DNA of 33,841 bases, taken from a virus. The notes below the pieces were generated by a model that was given only the letters and a program-made list of their open reading frames with translations, made no database searches and was not told the origin of the DNA. The DNA lies in IMG/VR virus record IMGVR_UViG_3300048918_000375, positions 1 through 33,841 of that record; one strand, 5' to 3'. This document shows positions 29,381 through 33,841 of this stretch, piece after piece. Made by a program: the position numbers and the translations under genes. How positions within the stretch are numbered: position 1 is the first letter of the stretch; each line of letters begins with the position of its first letter.

Positions 29381-30961
29381 TCATAGCTTCTTCCACTGCT
29401 CGGCGATGATGCGCTCGAGCTCCGCGCGGTCGGCAGCCGCCAGCGCGGCGCGCGCCTCTTCCAGGTTGTGCTCGTTGGCGCCGAGTAGGTCCGCGAGCTC
29501 GTTGCTGGCGGTGCAGCGCCGGATCTTTGGGCCGAGCAGCGCCAGCGCCCAGGTGCGCCAGTCCCGCTTGCCATTCTTTAACGGCACCGCGATCTCGAGG
29601 CCGCTGTGATCTGAGTCCACCGGCGGCGGCGGCTCGGCCGGCCTGTGGTGGTCGACCTCGGCCAGGCCGAAAGGATCATCGTCAGCGTCGTCCGCTGGTG
29701 GCGCGTGGGGCGCCTGTTCCTCGATAGGCGGCTCCGGGGCCGGCGCCTCGCTTGCACGCGTCTGGCGCGCTCTGCGCGGCACTAGTGATCCGGGATAGCC
29801 TTCCTCCTCGACCATCCGCCGACGCGCGGCTTCACTTGGAGCAAGCCTGCCGCCTTCGCCTGCCGGCGGAGTTTGGCTACGGCCAGCAGGTTTCGGTTTG
29901 CGCTGGGCCTCGTAGGCGCGGGTGATTTCGTCGGCAATGTCGCGATGCCCGGCAGCCGCCAGGAACTCGACCGCGTTCCGATTATCCTCCCACCAACCCT
30001 CGAGGCGCTCGGGGCCGAGCCGGGCCGCTTCGTCGAGGCAGATCCGCAACGCCTCGCCGGCGGCGCCGGCGGCGCCATAGATATTCTCGACGCCATCGAG
30101 ATCGACCACGGCGAACTCGGGGCCGATCGGCTCAACGCTGCGGCCGATCCGATCTTGCTCGGGCTGCGGCTCCGGTTGACGGTGGTGGGTCAGGGGGCCG
30201 AGATCCTGCCCGATCGCCGGTTCCTCCTCGTCGCGGTCCAGCACCGTGCGCAGTTCGGATGAGAAAGGCGCCTGCTTGGCGGCGCGCCGCAGCGCGGTCT
30301 TCTTCGCACCCTCCCAATAGAAATTCGTCCACATCGGCGAGTTCTTCGCGCGCGATACATTGCGGGCGGCCTCGATCATGCTGCGGTCGAGCACGTCGCG
30401 GATCACTTCGCCGTTCTTCAACCGGATTATCGCGTATGCGCCGATCACCTGACCGCGGGACACGCCGAGCGGCGGCGGCTCGTGTTCGATCATCGCATCG
30501 TCGCCCAGCCGGTAGCGGAAATGATCCTTCTCGAACACCGCCTCGGCGATCGCGCTGGCGACCTCGCCCGATTTGCGCATCCGCTCGCGCAGCCCGGCGA
30601 GCATCGGCATATAGGTCGCTGCGTCGATCTTGCGGATGTGGTCGATGCCGGTCTGCGGGTCGCGCTGTTTGACATCGGTGCGGAAGACGACGAGCGCCGC
30701 CTGGCGGCCATCGGGGAGTAAACCGTCCACCGCGCACCGCATCGCCGCATTGAACAGGCTGCGCCGGTCGGCGTAGAGCAATTCCGGGTTGGTCGACACC
30801 GCTGTCACCAGCACCCGCTTGAACCGCTCGACCGGGATGTCGGCCGGCAGCGCGTCCTTCAGGTTCGGCGTGTAGTGTTCGAGGTCCGCATAGAACACCT
30901 CGGCCATATTCTGGCGCGGCTTGGTTGCAAGCTCCTTAGCGTCGGACACTGACTCCTCCAT
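29381..30961 (-). CDS. recT: RecT-family single-strand annealing protein with about 250-aa C-terminal extension
   Basis: YMPMLAGLRERM, GQVIGAYAIIRLKNGEV, MIEAARNVSRAKNSPMWTNFYWEGAKKTALRRAAKQAPFSSEL is the RecT pattern. Start ATG 30961 (MEESVSDAKE) taken within track ORF 29381-31162. Confidence 0.8.
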   Translation of the reverse strand: MEESVSDAKELATKPRQNMAEVFYADLEHYTPNLKDALPADIPVERFKRVLVTAVSTNPELLYADRRSLFNAAMRCAVDGLLPDGRQAALVVFRTDVKQRDPQTGIDHIRKIDAATYMPMLAGLRERMRKSGEVASAIAEAVFEKDHFRYRLGDDAMIEHEPPPLGVSRGQVIGAYAIIRLKNGEVIRDVLDRSMIEAARNVSRAKNSPMWTNFYWEGAKKTALRRAAKQAPFSSELRTVLDRDEEEPAIGQDLGPLTHHRQPEPQPEQDRIGRSVEPIGPEFAVVDLDGVENIYGAAGAAGEALRICLDEAARLGPERLEGWWEDNRNAVEFLAAAGHRDIADEITRAYEAQRKPKPAGRSQTPPAGEGGRLAPSEAARRRMVEEEGYPGSLVPRRARQTRASEAPAPEPPIEEQAPHAPPADDADDDPFGLAEVDHHRPAEPPPPVDSDHSGLEIAVPLKNGKRDWRTWALALLGPKIRRCTASNELADLLGANEHNLEEARAALAAADRAELERIIAEQWKKL

Positions 30962-31898
30962 CCTCGACCCAGGCGCGCACGCCGATAATCTGCACGCCGC
31001 TCTCGACGGCGGCGACGCCGAGGTCGCGCAACTCATGCTCGGTGAGCTTGTGGACGAGCTGCTCGACCTGCGTTCTCCGCGGCGAGCGCAGGATGTCGCG
31101 CAGCCGTGCGGCGAAATCCTGAATCTCAAATCGGATCTGCTTGCGCCTCGTGGTCTGCCCAAGCTGCGAGCGGGTCGGCTCGTGCCGGATCGCGTCGGCC
31201 CGACGCGCCAGCCGCTCGGCTTCGTCCTGTGCCTTCAGCGCCTCGAGCTCCGCGGCGGGATCGATCTTGCCGGCGCTGGCCTTCGCCTCGGCAGCCGCTC
31301 GGGCGACAGCGGCTTCCTCCTCGCGTTTGCGGGCTTCTTCCGCCAGCCGGCGGCGCTCGGCCTCGACCGTGGCGCGCTGCTTATCGTCCCACGCCGTCAG
31401 CATCCGGCTCAGCCCGTCGCGGCCGCTGGTGCCGCCGATCGCCAGCGAGAGCTTTAGCTTCAGCGCGTCGTAGCTGTGGTTGATGAGCTTCACGGCATCG
31501 CGGTAGGGCTCGGTCCGCGCGAGGCGCGCCTTGTCCACTTCGTCGTGTAATTCCTTTAGCTGGCGGGTGAGGTCGACCACCTTGCCTGCCGACGCCTCGT
31601 CCACGATGACGCTGCGCGCCGCCACGGCCAGGAGCTGGTCGGCGCGAGAGCGGCGGCCAGCCAGTTCCTCGTCAAGCGCTTCGTCCAACGGTGGCCGATT
31701 GTGGCCGATACCGGGGGCCCGTGCTCGGATTGCCGCTATCGCGCGGAGTTGGTCTTCCGACCCTTCTGGCCAGTGCGCCGCCGCGAGGCAGATGTCGGTG
31801 GTCGACATGCCAGCATATTCATCGAGGTCGGGCAGTGCCTCGGCTTCGGCGACGAGTTGGTTCGTCATGGCAGCAAGGCCCGCGGGCACCAAGTACAT
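30936..31898 (-). CDS. Coiled-coil hypothetical protein with an IGHNRPP motif (alternative start ATG 31868)
   Basis: Long charged helix EAERRRLAEEARKREEEAAVARAAAEAKA. It sits immediately upstream of recT and overlaps it by 26 nt. Confidence 0.55.
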   Translation of the reverse strand: MYLVPAGLAAMTNQLVAEAEALPDLDEYAGMSTTDICLAAAHWPEGSEDQLRAIAAIRARAPGIGHNRPPLDEALDEELAGRRSRADQLLAVAARSVIVDEASAGKVVDLTRQLKELHDEVDKARLARTEPYRDAVKLINHSYDALKLKLSLAIGGTSGRDGLSRMLTAWDDKQRATVEAERRRLAEEARKREEEAAVARAAAEAKASAGKIDPAAELEALKAQDEAERLARRADAIRHEPTRSQLGQTTRRKQIRFEIQDFAARLRDILRSPRRTQVEQLVHKLTEHELRDLGVAAVESGVQIIGVRAWVEDGGVSVRR

Positions 31899-31983
31899 CT
31901 GGCGCGAGGCGCCCGGCTCATTAGCGGCTGACCCCTGGCCGGGACTTTGGCGGCGCAGCTTGCCCGCCCGCGGGTTCTCGTCA

Positions 31984-32382
31984 TCATAGCAGCGCCTCCT
32001 CCCGGCTGAAATCAGGCACCTCGACGTCGGCCGCCGCCAGCGGCCGCCGGGTCTTCAGCAGCGGGTCGTCCGGCCGCAGCGCCTCGACCCCGCGCAGCGC
32101 GTAAAAGCGCCAGCGGTATTCCTCGGCCGAGATTGGTTTCGCATAGCGCCAGTGTGTGATCGGGTTCGCCGGGCGCGGGTCGGTCAGGCTGCACAGCCGG
32201 TCGCCGAGCAGCTCGGGATCGACCTCGACGCCGGCGATGTCGGCGCGCGGGTAGAGGCTGAGCCGGCCCCGGTCGAGCTTGTTCTCGGGTGGATCGTCGG
32301 GCCCGTGGTCGCACCAGAACAGGCGCGCCGGCACGAGTGGGCCATAGCGTGTGACCCGCATCAGAAAATATCTTTCTTTCAT
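31984..32382 (-). CDS. Hypothetical protein (132 aa)
   Basis: ATGA coupling with the upstream gene and high GC3. Confidence 0.55.
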   Translation of the reverse strand: MKERYFLMRVTRYGPLVPARLFWCDHGPDDPPENKLDRGRLSLYPRADIAGVEVDPELLGDRLCSLTDPRPANPITHWRYAKPISAEEYRWRFYALRGVEALRPDDPLLKTRRPLAAADVEVPDFSREEALL

Positions 32383-32786
32383 GCGAGCTGGTTCGCAACG
32401 TAGCGCAAATCCGCAGCGCGCCGCGTGAGCGCCCGCTGACGGTTGCTGCCCGCCTTAGCTACCCTTGCCTGCGCTTCCAGCGTGTGCACCGCGTGATAGA
32501 GCTCCTGCCGCAGCAGCAGCCGGCGCTCGTAGGACAGGTGCAGCAGCACGGTGTCGGCGTGGTGTTCGGGGGCGGCGGCGTAGCGCGTCTCGACGATTCG
32601 CCCGGTGCGGCGGTCGATGACCTTGACGTTGCCGGTCAGCGGCTCGCGCAGCTCCGCGCGGTCGGATGATCCAGCCGCATCGCAGCACGACGTGATCCCG
32701 CTGCCGCCGCACATCTGACATGGCATCGCTTGCCCGGCCGGCGCGAAGGCCGGATAGCCGCGGCCTTGGCAGTCCGGGCAAATCAC
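32379..32786 (-). CDS. DnaJ-type zinc-finger (CxxCxGxG x2) protein
   Basis: CPDCQGRG and CQMCGGSG motifs. GTG 32786 overlaps the stop of the preceding mini-ORF (GTGA). Confidence 0.55.
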   Translation of the reverse strand: MICPDCQGRGYPAFAPAGQAMPCQMCGGSGITSCCDAAGSSDRAELREPLTGNVKVIDRRTGRIVETRYAAAPEHHADTVLLHLSYERRLLLRQELYHAVHTLEAQARVAKAGSNRQRALTRRAADLRYVANQLA

Positions 32787-32854
32787 AGCGACAGCGCCAT
32801 CGCCAAGCCGGCGAGCAGCAGGCCGACGAGGAACGCCTCGAGGTGCGAGGTCAT
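32783..32854 (-). CDS. 23-aa hydrophobic mini-ORF (MTSHLEAFLVGLLLAGLAMALSL)
   Basis: ATGA overlap with the upstream gene and GTGA overlap with the downstream gene, so it is a link in a coupled chain. Confidence 0.3.
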   Translation of the reverse strand: MTSHLEAFLVGLLLAGLAMALSL

Positions 32855-33339
32855 TCGCCACGCGCCTTAGCGAGAGCGGCACGGCATGTCACCCGCCAAG
32901 CCTCGTAATCCTCGATGAACCGCTCGACATCAAACCCGCGTTGCCCGTGGTACTTGGACAGGATCGGAGCGCTGGCGACCGCCTCGTAAAGCTCCGGTGC
33001 GGTGGCGATCAGGTCGGCGTTCGCCGGATTGTTGAGTGACAGAAGGCATATGTTAGACGGGCCAGCATCTTCTTTGACGCCATCCCAACCTCCAGGCGTG
33101 ATGACATGAGCGAGAGTCCACCCGCGCCCGGTTCGCCCTCGGCACGGTCGGGCTCGGGGATGAAATGCGGGTCTGACTTGGGCAAAGGCGCCCACCACGA
33201 GCGCACCACGGGAGAAGGTTGGCGGCCGGCTCGGTGGTGACGAGCTTTTCGGGTCATGATCCCTAGCCGCCGGGGTCGAGCCTAGCACAGCACCCACATG
33301 TCGCCAAGGCCCCGGCGTCCATTTTGTCCGCTTGCTCAT
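32851..33339 (-). CDS. Phage protein of the WTPGPW ... NA(D/R)LIA(T/A)APEL type (function unknown)
   Basis: N-terminal KWTPGPW and NPANADLIATAPELYEAV motifs are common in phage early proteins. GGGAGG SD before ATG 33339. The central third translates poorly (see findings). Confidence 0.5.
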   Translation of the reverse strand: MSKRTKWTPGPWRHVGAVLGSTPAARDHDPKSSSPPSRPPTFSRGALVVGAFAQVRPAFHPRARPCRGRTGRGWTLAHVITPGGWDGVKEDAGPSNICLLSLNNPANADLIATAPELYEAVASAPILSKYHGQRGFDVERFIEDYEAWRVTCRAALAKARGE

Positions 33340-33653
33340 GCCGCCTCCCATGACACGGTGAGTTTCGGTTCTTTCCTGATCACCGGGCCGCGCACCTCGG
33401 GCGGCTCGCGCACGACGCAGGTGACGTCGCGGCCTTCGTCGAGCGCCGTCGCGATCGGCTGGTTCGCCTGCCGCGGGATGTAGCCGACCGGGATGCCGCG
33501 GTAATGGCAGGCAACCGCCAGCGCGTCGTGCGGATTGTTGGGCTCGCGTACGAGCTCGACCTCGTCGCCGGGGCGCATCAGGGAGACGGCGGTCCGGGCG
33601 GCGGGCCCGCGAAAGCCGATGCCGACGATGACCGTGGGGATCGCGATGGTCAT
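33336..33653 (-). CDS. Stand-alone HIRAN-domain protein
   Basis: VGIGFRG......MRPGDEVELVREPNNPHDALAVACHYRGIPVGYIPRQANQPIATALDEG fits the HIRAN pattern. ATGA coupling on both sides. Confidence 0.7.
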   Translation of the reverse strand: MTIAIPTVIVGIGFRGPAARTAVSLMRPGDEVELVREPNNPHDALAVACHYRGIPVGYIPRQANQPIATALDEGRDVTCVVREPPEVRGPVIRKEPKLTVSWEAA

Positions 33654-33841
33654 CGGCAGTTGTATCCAGAAATACAGTCCGACCCCGGCGCGAAGACCGA
33701 GCCGCGCTCGCAGCGAATAGCGGCGGGCGGGTCGTCGGCCAGCCAGCGGCCGGCGGCGATGGCGTCGCGGGCGGCTTCACAAGTCGCGCGGCTGGTGGCG
33801 GCGACCGTCTCCTGGCGCTCGGCCGACCAGGACAGCAGCAA
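33650..33841 (-). CDS. 3-prime part of the junction-spanning small Cys-containing protein (continues upstream at 128-175 in the circle)
   Basis: High GC3, 4 Cys, and its stop overlaps the HIRAN start (ATGA). Confidence 0.45.
   Translation of the reverse strand: MLLSWSAERQETVAATSRATCEAARDAIAAGRWLADDPPAAIRCERGSVFAPGSDCISGYNCR
33715..33841. repeat. Terminal direct repeat copy 2 (identical to 1-127)
   Basis: Same comparison as for copy 1. Confidence 0.95.

Larger units (their letters stand above)
1..33841. mobile_element. Complete circular temperate phage genome (unique length 33,714 bp): integrase/attP, immunity switch, HK97-type head genes, long non-contractile tail genes
   Basis: Exact 127-bp terminal overlap. 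Full set of lysogeny, recombination, packaging, head, neck, tail and fibre genes arranged in two transcription blocks. Confidence 0.85.

Overview
The window is a complete, circularly closed temperate tailed-phage genome (siphovirus type, HK97-fold head) from a high-GC host, probably an alphaproteobacterium. Bases 1-127 are identical to 33715-33841. The unique genome is therefore 33,714 bp, and the window is cut inside a small minus-strand gene. Layout, in order: (1) attP, a truncated tRNA-Pro 5-prime half flanked by TTGGTGNC arm repeats. (2) A minus-strand block at 351-2709 with a tyrosine integrase, an Xis-like HTH protein, a small ORF and a cI-like XRE repressor. (3) Divergent rightward early genes: cro-like XRE, GapR/DUF2312-like protein, RuvC-like resolvase, a DUF1376 protein carrying an AT-rich repeat cluster that looks like an ori, an HNH-like protein and small ORFs. 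(4) One antisense secreted moron. (5) Packaging and head genes in a non-canonical order: HNH, TerL, secreted protein, fused prohead protease-major capsid, Ig-like decoration protein, portal, collagen-like protein. (6) Neck genes, major tail protein, G/GT chaperone with a CCCTTTG -1 slippery site, tape measure and tail-tip proteins. (7) Three tandem paralogous genes with near-identical ends and unrelated cores (23490-25017), which are the most unusual feature. (8) A Cys-rich protein, a highly repetitive 1113-aa tail fibre and a 52-aa two-TM holin-like protein. (9) A leftward, translationally coupled operon (29381-33841, continuing through the junction to about 175) with RecT carrying a long C-terminal extension, a coiled-coil protein, a DnaJ-type zinc-finger protein, a HIRAN protein and mini-ORFs. 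I saw no rRNA, CRISPR array, transposase, reverse transcriptase, recognisable small terminase or recognisable endolysin. All functional calls rest on motif recognition in the translated ORFs, gene order and start-site context. No database search was possible.
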